Of a stretch of DNA of 64,000 nucleotides, positions 31,047-41,055 are shown piece after piece. Under the pieces are notes generated by a model that was given only the letters and a program-made list of their open reading frames with translations, made no database searches and had not been told where the DNA came from. The translations under genes were made by a program, and so were the position numbers. How positions within the stretch are numbered: position 1 is the stretch's first letter; every line of letters begins with the position of its first letter. Origin of the DNA: Naegleria gruberi (lineage: Eukaryota); NCBI GenBank assembly GCA_000004985.1, contig GG738879.1; one strand, written 5' to 3'.

Positions 31047-33326
31047 TTATTCACTAGTTTTGGTTTTGTACTCTTTAAGTAGATCGTAACTATCTGATTT
31101 TAAATTTACAGCTACATGTACAGTGGCAAGTTCAAATAATTCCTCAATAATTGCCATCTCCGATGAACCAGAAACATCTTCTGTTTTCCATTTAGAAAAC
31201 AGATTCTTCCACTGAGCCAAAACCTCACATAATTTTTCTTCTGCAAACTTCTTCAATCCAAATAACATGTACAAATCACTGACAACAAAGCATTCAATCA
31301 ATGCCTCACTAGGTATTGGATTTCTTTCAAATACAGAGGTTCCACTGTACATGTATTGATTAATAATCCAAAGGGTTGTTGCGGAAATATCTTGAACAAC
31401 GAATTCATCCATATTGGTAGAATTATTATGAGATAATGATTCATATTCCAAAACCTTTCGTAAATATTCACTTCTGCATGCTAAAATACATCTGTGAGAA
31501 GGAATTCCACTTTCTTCCTTAATTGTGGTTAAAACTTTGTTATAGTGTACATTCTTACTAGATGCAATTGCTTCATCCACAATATTTCCATAGGATTGTA
31601 ATTGAATGTCGTAATGTTGATCTAAATTCAAGTGCTGATTTGAAAAGTATGCCTTAAAATCAGCATTAATGGGGGAAATTGTCTTATTGTAAGATAATGA
31701 TCTGATGTATGCCTTCTTATAATTCTCAAATTGGTTTTGTGAACCGTATGAACCTCGCACGTGGAGGGTGAATAATATCTTGTCAGTATCGTCAAATAGG
31801 CAAGAATATGCTTGAGAAACACTTGAACTGAGCCCAGAGTTCTTATATTGAGGTACAATAAGGCGAAGGGATTTTTTGGTTTCTTCATTATGAATAAAAA
31901 TACTGAATGAGTGTAAAGAGTCACACATTTCGTCTTCCTTCTTCTTGATTTCATTTTGTTGTTCTTGTATACCCAAACTGGAAGGTACTAATTCATTCAA
32001 ATATTCAAAGTCAGATTGATATTTCTTAATATTTCCACAATATAATACTTGGATAAATTTAACAAAGGCAAGAGTGTTTCTTGGATGGTGATCTCCTCTC
32101 AGAATATAATATCCAGGTCCATTATCGTTATCTTCTTCGACGAGTCCTGTTTGTGGATTCCATTTCAAAACGTTGGCTGTGTGAAGGAATTTAGAGCCAG
32201 TTCTTGCTCTAATGACAGGATAGTGAGCATGAATATCGAAATCTTCAACAGATAAACGTAGTTTCGACCCAGTTATATACAGATTAAATTCATTAGGATT
32301 CCAATCTAGTAAATCTGGAAGGTCCAGAATTGCAAAATGAATATCACTTGTAAATCTGCCAAATTTTTCATTCATTCCAATAGTTGGAAACCATTTTGGA
32401 TTTGCAGTAATAAGTAATTTTTCAAAATCGTCTTCAAGAGCATACTCTTCAGTGAGAGCGTTCAGAATTTCTCCAATATGATACAATATACTAGTGACAG
32501 TTTCACTCACAACAGAGTCTACTTTATACCACTCTGTTTTCTGACCTTCATTCTTGAGGAACTTGTCAATATATTGTGAATAAAATTGAGAAATATTCCA
32601 CAATGTTCCAAACATGCCAGATTGTTTCAAAATTTCTCTTCCTCTCGAATGATCTGTTATTTTGAAAAGTATAAAAGTTAGAGCCAAGAGTGAATTTTCA
32701 ATAAATTTGCTACACTGAGCATTCAATGACTTGTCAATAATATGAGGAATAATAAACACTAAAGTACAACAAATGTCACAAGCATGAGTCAACCCTCCCA
32801 ACTTGTATAACATTGCTCTAATATCATAAGTTGTAATTTGATTACTGATAGCAGAGAGAACATTCTGAATATCCTCAAATAACTGAGCATTTTGATGAAC
32901 AATATTCACATCAACCTCCAACTCTGTTACAAAACTCTCCAATTCAAACAATTTACAAAGATTTCCATAATATTCTTGCAATAATTTACACTTCTTCTTC
33001 ATTCCCTCATCTGGATCAATATAGACCAATCTCAAATAGTAGGCCTCACCTAATTCCATCATTGAGCTATTAGAACAACCAACTGTCTCTAACAATTTTT
33101 GAGGAGACATTCTAGATAACACCTCAATCGGTTGATGACTCAAGGTAGAGGCACTCATATTATTGACATCAGCATTTGTACTATTATAGTTGGTAGAAGA
33201 ATTGTTACTATTACTAATAGTAGTGGTAGTGGATGATCCACCACCTGATCCTTTGCCACCTCCACCACTATTTCGGAGATGTTTTGGTAGGTGATATTGT
33301 CCTCCTCCTCCCTTCTTCTTTGTCAT
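31047..33326 (-). CDS. BTB/POZ-domain protein (759 aa) with an N-terminal Gly/Ser/Thr/Asn low-complexity region and a large central domain of unknown function.
   Basis: ATG at 33326. The C-terminal BTB-like region is HRCILACRSEYLRKVLE...MDEFVVQDISATTLWIINQYMYSG. Confidence 0.65.
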   Translation of the reverse strand: MTKKKGGGGQYHLPKHLRNSGGGGKGSGGGSSTTTTISNSNNSSTNYNSTNADVNNMSASTLSHQPIEVLSRMSPQKLLETVGCSNSSMMELGEAYYLRLVYIDPDEGMKKKCKLLQEYYGNLCKLFELESFVTELEVDVNIVHQNAQLFEDIQNVLSAISNQITTYDIRAMLYKLGGLTHACDICCTLVFIIPHIIDKSLNAQCSKFIENSLLALTFILFKITDHSRGREILKQSGMFGTLWNISQFYSQYIDKFLKNEGQKTEWYKVDSVVSETVTSILYHIGEILNALTEEYALEDDFEKLLITANPKWFPTIGMNEKFGRFTSDIHFAILDLPDLLDWNPNEFNLYITGSKLRLSVEDFDIHAHYPVIRARTGSKFLHTANVLKWNPQTGLVEEDNDNGPGYYILRGDHHPRNTLAFVKFIQVLYCGNIKKYQSDFEYLNELVPSSLGIQEQQNEIKKKEDEMCDSLHSFSIFIHNEETKKSLRLIVPQYKNSGLSSSVSQAYSCLFDDTDKILFTLHVRGSYGSQNQFENYKKAYIRSLSYNKTISPINADFKAYFSNQHLNLDQHYDIQLQSYGNIVDEAIASSKNVHYNKVLTTIKEESGIPSHRCILACRSEYLRKVLEYESLSHNNSTNMDEFVVQDISATTLWIINQYMYSGTSVFERNPIPSEALIECFVVSDLYMLFGLKKFAEEKLCEVLAQWKNLFSKWKTEDVSGSSEMAIIEELFELATVHVAVNLKSDSYDLLKEYKTKTSE

Positions 33327-33596
33327 GTTATTTAAAGTTTTGTTTGAATATTTAAATATAATTATTATAAATTAATATGAAATATTATCAATGTTCTCTT
33401 CTGATAGGGTGGGATGCAAATTGGTATGCTGCGTTTCTTTTTTATGATGTCAAGAGTTGGTTCATGTTCACAGGTTTCTTTTCAGCATTGAAGAAAGGTA
33501 AAGAGTGGAATTGAGCCATGATTTTTTCCCGCCAAAATTAAACTATTAAACATTTAAAAAAAATATTTGACAATTTATTGTGAATAATTAAAAATA

Positions 33597-34028
33597 ATGG
33601 GTTGTTGGGGAATTGGCATTGCTGCAAATGATGAATTTTGGGATGTTTTTTCCAATATACATAAAGAATTACACTGGAATCAATATGATGGAAGAGAAGA
33701 AACAATAATCACTCCGGAACACTTTAATTCCAAATATGAATTGATTGCGAATCGAATTCAGAGTGGATTTACCAAGAATTATGAAACTTGTTGGTTTCAA
33801 GTGGTGGCTTATTTGGTGATGGAAATTGGAGGAAAGATGAGTAGAGAAATGAGAGATAATTGCAAGTTGGCTTGTAGAATTGAGAATGATTATTTGGATC
33901 CAGGTGCTTGGTTGAGTGAAAAAGATTTGTCTGAGAGGAGACAAGCTCTGGAACAGTTTGCACTCAAAATTGATGATTATTATTGTTCGAAATCTCAGGG
34001 AAATAATTATTTGGAAAAGGATTATTAG
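33597..34028 (+). CDS. Small protein (143 aa) starting MGC (possible N-acylation); hypothetical.
   Basis: ATG at 33597 in an A-rich context. No recognisable domain. Confidence 0.5.
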   Translation: MGCWGIGIAANDEFWDVFSNIHKELHWNQYDGREETIITPEHFNSKYELIANRIQSGFTKNYETCWFQVVAYLVMEIGGKMSREMRDNCKLACRIENDYLDPGAWLSEKDLSERRQALEQFALKIDDYYCSKSQGNNYLEKDY

Positions 34029-35470
34029 CAAGTCGATCCTGATTGTTTATTGAAATGTTCATTGACAACTCTTACAATACGTTTCAAATGTCCAATTTTC
34101 TTCATTCCAATCTTATCACGATAATCATCTGCTGTAAAATGTCTGATTTGATCTAATGTTACAAGTTTCTTTTTGGTAAATGTTTTGGAATATTCTTCCA
34201 TTTCATTATCGACCAAAATATTCGAAATTAAATGTTCACCAGGAGTTCTTGGAGATGTCTTTTCCATATCTTCCATTATCGAAGATGTTTCACTCGCACT
34301 AAGTTCTATAAGTTTGGTAATTACAAATGTCTTGAATTCTGAACTCTTCTTAAAATGTGTCATTATTTCATTATTGAATTGTAATTGAATATTAAACAAT
34401 AAAGTATCCAAACACTTTTCCATCCTCTCACACAGTGTCTGATTAGGTATTTCATCTTGAGAAAGTACTTGAACTTCCTTCAAAGTTTGTGTGAAAGATT
34501 CTCTGATAGAGCTTGCAATATTCATACATGTTAAACTTTCAAAATTTACAAAATTTTCATAAATGGTTTTAAATTCTCGCACTAAAGTTATACGGCTCAT
34601 ATTTACATCATTTGCATAATTCTTTCTCATCAGTCTGAATTCTCTGTTACTTTCCAGATAGATTAACATTTCGTCGTTTCTTCTTTCGGATAGATAGGCT
34701 CGCAGTAATTGCAATCCTTCATCATTCTTCTCCAGCAGTCCTTCAATTTTATAGTATTCCTTGATGGTCTTTCTGACAGAATTCTTTTGCACTGAAGTAA
34801 CTTGTGGTGAAGGTGGAGAATCCATGGTGACCAATATTTCCACTTGTTGACCAAAATTACTTGATGAGGATGAGGATGAATTTAATGAAGATGTTGACGA
34901 AGATGGTGAATCTGACATGAGAACATTCTTCTTTCTGTTTGTTGCATTAGTCACAACAGTGGTGAATGGCATTGTATTATTATTCGAAACTGGTTGAGAA
35001 TCTTGTGTGAAATTATTTATCGTGGTGGCAGACAATGTTCGAGTTGGAGAGACCAGAGTTATGCTTGAAGTTGTTTTGGTGGCTTTTTGTTTGTTGATGT
35101 TTGGAGTGACGCTTGCCAGAATGGTCTTCGTACTTTTCGCCACAACTCTTCTGTTTTTGGTAAGATCCATGGAGTGGATTGTTGGTGCCGCTTCTTGTTG
35201 GTTATTAGTAGATATTATTTGATGGGATGTTTCTGGGTGTGAGTAGGAAATACTTTCCTCCTTCAACACCATGCTGCTGCTGCATTGCGTGGAGTTGAGA
35301 GTTTGCATTTTGGATTTCTGCTGTGCAGTTTTCTTTTGAGTTTTTTCTTGACCTTTTTCAAGGGTTGATTTAGGAAGTTTGGAGAAATTGGTGTAAGGTT
35401 GGTGCGGAAGGATTTGAAGCATTGTGTTAGTACTACTGGTAGTACTGCTAGTAATTAATAGTGGTTTCAT
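34025..35470 (-). CDS. S/T-rich protein with a divergent RGS-like domain and a C-terminal SAM domain, about 481 aa.
   Basis: Real ATG is at 35470; the track's start at 35497 is a TTG. The RGS-like helix is GLQLLRAYLSERRNDEMLIYLESNREF; compare the consensus F..FL..EFSEENL.FW. The SAM-like C-terminus is LVTLDQIRHFTADDYRDKIGMKKIGHLKRIV. Confidence 0.55.
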   Translation of the reverse strand: MKPLLITSSTTSSTNTMLQILPHQPYTNFSKLPKSTLEKGQEKTQKKTAQQKSKMQTLNSTQCSSSMVLKEESISYSHPETSHQIISTNNQQEAAPTIHSMDLTKNRRVVAKSTKTILASVTPNINKQKATKTTSSITLVSPTRTLSATTINNFTQDSQPVSNNNTMPFTTVVTNATNRKKNVLMSDSPSSSTSSLNSSSSSSSNFGQQVEILVTMDSPPSPQVTSVQKNSVRKTIKEYYKIEGLLEKNDEGLQLLRAYLSERRNDEMLIYLESNREFRLMRKNYANDVNMSRITLVREFKTIYENFVNFESLTCMNIASSIRESFTQTLKEVQVLSQDEIPNQTLCERMEKCLDTLLFNIQLQFNNEIMTHFKKSSEFKTFVITKLIELSASETSSIMEDMEKTSPRTPGEHLISNILVDNEMEEYSKTFTKKKLVTLDQIRHFTADDYRDKIGMKKIGHLKRIVRVVNEHFNKQSGSTC

Positions 35471-36010
35471 TTCGAGTGATTTTCTTTGAGAATGCAACTA
35501 TTAAATGTGTGGGATTTAAATAGTGATGAGGATAATATCTTAAATATTCCGCTGATTATCAGGATGCACATCAAGTATGATACCTGACTTTAGCTATTCT
35601 GTGAGCTATTCTTGGACAAGGATATTGTGTAAATGGAGAAGGAGAAACTCTTTGTCGCCAATTTGTTGGATACAGATGTAATTTTTTTGCTTTTGATTTT
35701 TTCATGGCTGTTTATGTTTGAGTGTCTTTACGAAATGGAAACCACAAGCCATACGACCTTACGTCGTAAGGATCAAAAATTCTCAATCGCCACTAATGGT
35801 TCGCTACTAATCTCAATGTATCTCGTAATTTTCACAATGATGTAAAAGGTGTCCTCACAATGGATTCCGCAATAAAGCAACTGGGACAACTCATATTTGT
35901 GATTGATGCACGAAATGAAAGATCTAAACAAAGGCTATTTCCATCATTGATTCAAATTAGGTATTGATCTACAGTATTATTGAAATTTTGTAAAATAAAT
36001 AGTTTAGAGT

Positions 36011-37257
36011 TTATTCATCATCATCGTCAATGATCTTATTCTTCTTTTTGGAGACAGATTGCTTGGCTGGAGCTTTCTTTGGTTCTTGTTTGGTTTTCTT
36101 TGGAGGTGGCTTTTTCTTAACTTCTTCTTCAGAGCTGCTTTCTTCTTCAGAACTGCTTTCCTTCTTTTTTCTCTTCTTTGATTTATTGTCCACTTCTTCT
36201 TCACTGGAGGATTCTTCGCTTGAAGATTCATCACTACTGGAGGATTCCTCATCATCATCCAAAAGTTTCTTCTTCTTGGCAGGAGCCTTTTTTTTAGTGG
36301 TTTTCTTTGTGGTCTTTTTCTTTCCATCATCTTCTGACTTGACCTTTTTTCTTGATTTCTTTTGTTTGAGTTCTTCTTCCTCTTTCTTTAATAAATCTTC
36401 TGGAATGTTTGATTTGATAAGGTTAGCAATCTCTGTATTACCTTGACGTTCGGCCAAAATGTAGGATGATAAGCCCCATGCATCTTTGGACATTAAGAAT
36501 TCTGGAGATTTATCTGCGTCAATTAAGGCCTGTACAACTTCCTTGTATCCCCACAAGGCAGCCATATGCAAAGTTGTTCTCTTACACTAGTATAATATTG
36601 TTAATGAAAAATTATACATATCAAATTACTTACTGATGCATGAACATTAAGTTTAGCTCCAATCTTGACAAGATAATTAACAATATCGACATTTCCAAAT
36701 CTGCAAGCTTGTAAAATTGCAGACCATCCATCAGTATCTCTAAGAGAAATTACTTCACTATCTCCTTTGGATTTTACAATATTTTTGACTTTATCCAAAT
36801 CCCCTAATTCACCTGCAGCTTTGAAAAGAATCCTCATATCCTTGTCATTAATTTTTGATGTTGTCTTGTCGACTGGGTATGGGCAAATACTAGCATTTTC
36901 CGAATCGGCTGCTTTCTTCTTTCCACTTTTTGGCTTCTTTGCTGTTGTTTTCCTAGTGGTTTTTTTCTTTTTCTTTTTATCATCATCAGAAAAATCGTAT
37001 TCCTCGGATGATTCTACTACATCATCTGAAGATGAATCTGCTTCATCATCATCAGAATCATCGGATTCATCCTTCTTTTTAGCTGGTGACTTTTTTGTTT
37101 TTTTTTCTTCCTTCTTGACTGGTTGTCTTTTTGCTGTTCTTGATCTCACAGGTGTTTTTATGACTCCATCTTCTTCTGCCTCTTCTTTTAGTTTTGGTTT
37201 AAAAAGAGTAGAAGGTTTTGATGGTGAAGCTTGAACAAGATCTCCTAACGTTGCCAT
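36011..37257 (-). CDS. Ankyrin-repeat protein with long K/E/S/D-rich (Nopp140/nucleolin-like) tracts; two exons, about 399 aa.
   Basis: Exons on the minus strand are 37257..36634 and 36586..36011, with a 47-nt GTAAGT...ACTAG intron; phase checked. ANK repeats include GWSAILQACRFGNVDIVNYLVKIGAKLNVHAS and RTTLHMAALWGYKEVVQALIDA. Confidence 0.7.
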
Positions 37258-37407
37258 TTTTTTTGAATTTTCTTTTTTTTTGGCGCGAACTTTTATTGTT
37301 ACCTAGGTGCTGTTTTAGTTTCAATTATTGCATAATACCACGCAGCTTTCCATTTGTACTATTCAGTTATTCTTCAGAAGTGTTTCTCCTAAATCATTGA
37401 TTTGACC

Positions 37408-38865
37408 CTAAACTGTTTCAACCTTTTCTTTCACTTGAGCCTCAGCAGTGGCTTCCTTAAGAACTTGATCCTGAGTTGTTAGTGAGGAACTATTCCAAGG
37501 TTTGTGTTCAATGAGAATCCAACTGGTACAGCATATGGATACGACAATGCACACACTTGCAATCAAACCAATAACTCCAAATAATAACAATTGAAATCCA
37601 ACATTGGTGTAATAGTTAGAGTTTTGAGATGAAGGTTCCGAGAGAGAAACCTTTGATTCATCTCTATTCGTATAACAAATATATTCCTTCTCTTCTACAT
37701 ATTGACTCGAGTAGGTGTAGCACGTGCTTGTGAGAAGACTTCTTGTTTTTGCTGTTCTGGCTTGGGTGGATTGGTTGGTTGAGTTTTGATCTGAACTGTC
37801 CCTTAGAAATGAGGGAAATGTAACTTTGAATAAGGTTCCTGTCAAATCCCCATCTGAATTGCATTTACTCCTCCCAACTACAAAACAAGGAAATCTTGTG
37901 AAAATAAGTGAATTTGCATCTGAATCTGTTGAGCTTTCGAATTTTGACGATTGTAAATAATACGTTCCGACTGAAATTAATGGTATTGGGAATGAAAGAA
38001 GGAAACAGCTAATTATCAATGTGGAAACAATAATGCATATCAAAATCTTGTCCACCTTTTTAGAGCATTTCTTGATGAAATAAAAACAGTTCGATATTGA
38101 TGATGGTGGTTTAACGTCATTGACAGTTGTTTGAATTTCCACAACTGTAAATTGAAAATCCTCAACTCTATTTGTTGTTGAAATGGTTGGTGAGGCAGTT
38201 TCCTCTTTGATTTTAAAAGTTAAAGAAGGAGATGATGGTGATATCAGGCCACCACTCTCAGTAATTATTGGTTCTATTTTTCGTTGCATGATGTGGTGAT
38301 GGTGTTGAGTAGTTTTTTCTTGATTTGTTTCATATTGTGATAGAGATAGTGAGGTATTAGTTTGGAAGGTAGTATTATTATTAATAAGTTTTACCTGAGT
38401 GCGAGAAGAAGGGTTTCGGAAACTTTGATTGTCCTCAGTGAGCAAAAATTGTTGAGGTGCTGTTGGCGCATTTTCTTCTTGGTCCACTAACAACGATGAA
38501 ACTATTATTGGACAATTATTTGAATTGATTTCATCAGCTGATTGGAGGTTTTGTAATATTTCCGATGAGGATGATTTAGAAGGATTTTCAAAGTCTTGAG
38601 TATGGTATGATTCACTGGTGTTTGAATGATTGTTTGATACAACTTGGTGTTGCTCTTCTTCATTTTGTTGTGGTTGTTGCTCATGATTAAGAGAGATTAA
38701 AGATTGAGATGTGGTAATGCTGCTACTAGTATTATTGTTGTTATTGGTCAATCCTTCCTCCTCCATTATTTGCGAGAGAATGAGTTTCTCCAATTTATTT
38801 TCGTCTATAGTGTTCGACATTTTCAAATAATAGGAAAGTGATCCAACTATATCTCTAGAGTCCAT
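37408..38865 (-). CDS. Hypothetical membrane protein, about 485 aa. The N-terminal half is N/S/T/Q-rich. There are two predicted TM helices.
   Basis: Real ATG is at 38865 (MDSRDIVGS); the track's start is a TTG. TM segments are ILICIIVSTLIISCFLLSF and LLLFGVIGLIASVCIVVSICC. Confidence 0.5.
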   Translation of the reverse strand: MDSRDIVGSLSYYLKMSNTIDENKLEKLILSQIMEEEGLTNNNNNTSSSITTSQSLISLNHEQQPQQNEEEQHQVVSNNHSNTSESYHTQDFENPSKSSSSEILQNLQSADEINSNNCPIIVSSLLVDQEENAPTAPQQFLLTEDNQSFRNPSSRTQVKLINNNTTFQTNTSLSLSQYETNQEKTTQHHHHIMQRKIEPIITESGGLISPSSPSLTFKIKEETASPTISTTNRVEDFQFTVVEIQTTVNDVKPPSSISNCFYFIKKCSKKVDKILICIIVSTLIISCFLLSFPIPLISVGTYYLQSSKFESSTDSDANSLIFTRFPCFVVGRSKCNSDGDLTGTLFKVTFPSFLRDSSDQNSTNQSTQARTAKTRSLLTSTCYTYSSQYVEEKEYICYTNRDESKVSLSEPSSQNSNYYTNVGFQLLLFGVIGLIASVCIVVSICCTSWILIEHKPWNSSSLTTQDQVLKEATAEAQVKEKVETV

Positions 38866-39125
38866 CTTTGCAGCAAAGAGATGGAAAGGTTTGAGTTGGT
38901 TTTTTTTCAAAGATGGATTTTTCTCTTTTACGAAATTGTTTCATAAATGTAGTAGTAATTGGCGCCACTTTCAACAAGGCGAAAGAAGAATGACTACAAT
39001 CAGCCTTAAAATTACACTTCACGAATCCAATAGTCATGGTTATTAGAATAAATACTTTGCAACTCTTGATTATCATTAATGTTTCGATATCAGACTAGTT
39101 GCCTATTTTTAAGACATTAATGTGA

Positions 39126-39197
39126 GTGCGCTTAGCTCAGAGGAAGAGCATCGGACTTCGAATCCGAGGGTCGTGGGTTCGAACCCCATAGTGCATA
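39126..39197 (+). tRNA. tRNA-Arg (anticodon UCG), copy 1.
   Basis: Sequence: GTGCGCT-TA-GCTC-AGAGGAA-GAGC-A-TCGGA-CTTCGAA-TCCGA-GGGTC-GTGGG-TTCGAAC-CCCAT-AGTGCAT-A. The acceptor has 5 Watson-Crick and 2 G:U pairs. The B box is GGTTCGAACC. A T5 terminator lies 6 nt downstream. Confidence 0.8.
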
Positions 39198-39789
39198 AAT
39201 CCTTTTTATTCTTTTACTATTTTCATTTCAATTTCACTTTTTAGATCTTTAAACTTTCTATATCTTCAAATTCGAATATTACTCTACCTAAATATGAAAT
39301 TTCACCCTCCATATCTAAGAATGTATAGAGAACGAGCTGTTCTAAATTATTTAGCTTGAATTTTTCTTTGAGGATTATAATTTACTTTTTTTTACATTGT
39401 TAACATTCAATTACGCAGATTGGTTGTTAAACGATAATACTTTATTAAAATTGGAATCCCAATTAATTCTAAAAAATGTCCTTGTTTTTCCATTAACAAC
39501 ACTCTTTGAAAACTCAACAAGTTCAGCACTCTCCTTCAATCCATGTTCAATAATTTCCGATCTGACATACTTGAAAACGATTAACCTGAGTTCAGAACAT
39601 TTCTTCACGGCAGCAGTCCCTTATTAATAGGTGAATTTGTTTTGGAGATTGATCAATTCTTGTTTCTTCCTTCTCTTCAAAGGCTTGCTTCTAATAGCAT
39701 TGTTTGAAACAATAGACAACTTACAACAATTGAAAAATTGTTTCCTGTCTGAAGGTGTAGTAAAATGAAAACATTTCAAATCAAAAAAA

Positions 39790-40563
39790 ATGTCGGAACG
39801 TAAAGTCCTCAACAAGTACTACAATCCAGAAATGTGGGACAGTAAAATCCCAAAACGAAAAATTCCAAAGAATAACCAGACCAAGATTAGGAATATGGTT
39901 GCAATGACCATTCAGTGTACAGTTTGTGGTGAGTATATCTTTTCAGCCAAAAAGTTAAATTCAAGAAAGGAGGTTATTGAAGGTGATGAATATTTGGGAA
40001 TGAAGAATTGTCGTTTCTATTTTCGTTGTACACGATGTGCCAGTGAATTGACTTTAAAAACTGATTATGAACACGATAGATATGTTTGCGAACATAATTG
40101 CAAGTCTATTCATGATCGTTCGGAAGGCATTGCAAAACAAGAGGATAAAAAACAAGAGGATAATGTTGAGGACGAAATGAATGCATTGGAGAAAAAGGCA
40201 ATTTCTTCTAGAGAATATCAAGAGGATATTGATCAATTGGAGGAAATTAAGGAAATAAATTCTCAGAGAGAGGCCATCTCAAATCAATCTTTGGCAAGAA
40301 AGGAAAGCAAAAGAGAAGAATCTTTCAAGTTTACCTCAAAAGAAGAGGATGAATTGTTAGAGTTCGTGGAGTACCAATCCAAATTGGGAAGACGTAAATT
40401 TCAAGGTGATGAAGACATTGAGATACTTTCAAAAATTGATGACAATATTTCCTCTGAAAAATCATTCATTTCAGAAATTCAAGAAATTTCAATGCAACCA
40501 AAAAAGAAAAGAAAGCAAAAAAGGTCAACTAAGGATAAAATTAGCCTTAATATTGATTATTAA
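39790..40563 (+). CDS. YJU2/CCDC94 (Cwc16) family splicing-factor homologue, 257 aa.
   Basis: The N-terminus is MSERKVLNKYYNPEMWDSKIPKRK. The zinc-finger-like segment is MTIQCTVCGEYIF...RFYFRCTRCASELTLKTDYEHDRY. The C-terminus is acidic and coiled. Confidence 0.8.
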   Translation: MSERKVLNKYYNPEMWDSKIPKRKIPKNNQTKIRNMVAMTIQCTVCGEYIFSAKKLNSRKEVIEGDEYLGMKNCRFYFRCTRCASELTLKTDYEHDRYVCEHNCKSIHDRSEGIAKQEDKKQEDNVEDEMNALEKKAISSREYQEDIDQLEEIKEINSQREAISNQSLARKESKREESFKFTSKEEDELLEFVEYQSKLGRRKFQGDEDIEILSKIDDNISSEKSFISEIQEISMQPKKKRKQKRSTKDKISLNIDY

Positions 40564-40664
40564 AATTAAAAATACATATTAAACAAATCATTCAAGGTTT
40601 AAATCTTTGGAATTACTTATAAAGCATCCTGCTTAATTAATTTCAAACAAATAAAAAAAGAATT

Positions 40665-40736
40665 TACAGACAATGGGGCTCGAACCCACGACCCTCGGAT
40701 TCGAAGTCCGATGCTCTTCCTCTGAGCTATGCCTGC
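40665..40736 (-). tRNA. tRNA-Arg (anticodon UCG), copy 2 (different acceptor stem).
   Basis: Minus-strand sequence: GCAGGCA-TA-GCTC-AGAGGAA-GAGC-A-TCGGA-CTTCGAA-TCCGA-GGGTC-GTGGG-TTCGAGC-CCCAT-TGTCTGT-A. A T7 terminator lies downstream. Confidence 0.8.
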
Positions 40737-41055
40737 TACGATTAATAGTTTAAATATTCTAAAATCTTTCATGATACATATTAAGGTATGGATTTAAAAT
40801 TTTAAATGCAGCATATAACTTCCATATTAGAGAACATCCTTAAATTACCCTTTATCTCTCCTTAATAAATGCCATTGCTTCCATATGGTGGAACTGCGTG
40901 CATGTTATCCAATACTTGAAAAAAACAATAAGGTGATCAATCCTTTAAATCTACAGCAACCATTACGATTCTTCAAAAGGTTCATTATTGCTCTAAAATT
41001 TTGTTGTCAACAAATTGTTGAAAACATTTTCCACCCATACAACAATCATTTGGAA

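Noticed and set aside
36030-37234. S/F/L-rich + strand ORFs (36030-36446, 36767-37234) opposite the ankyrin gene.
   Set aside because: These are antisense artefacts of the K/E/S/D-rich repeats (AAG/GAA/TCT codons read in reverse). The minus-strand gene has ANK repeats and a validated intron.
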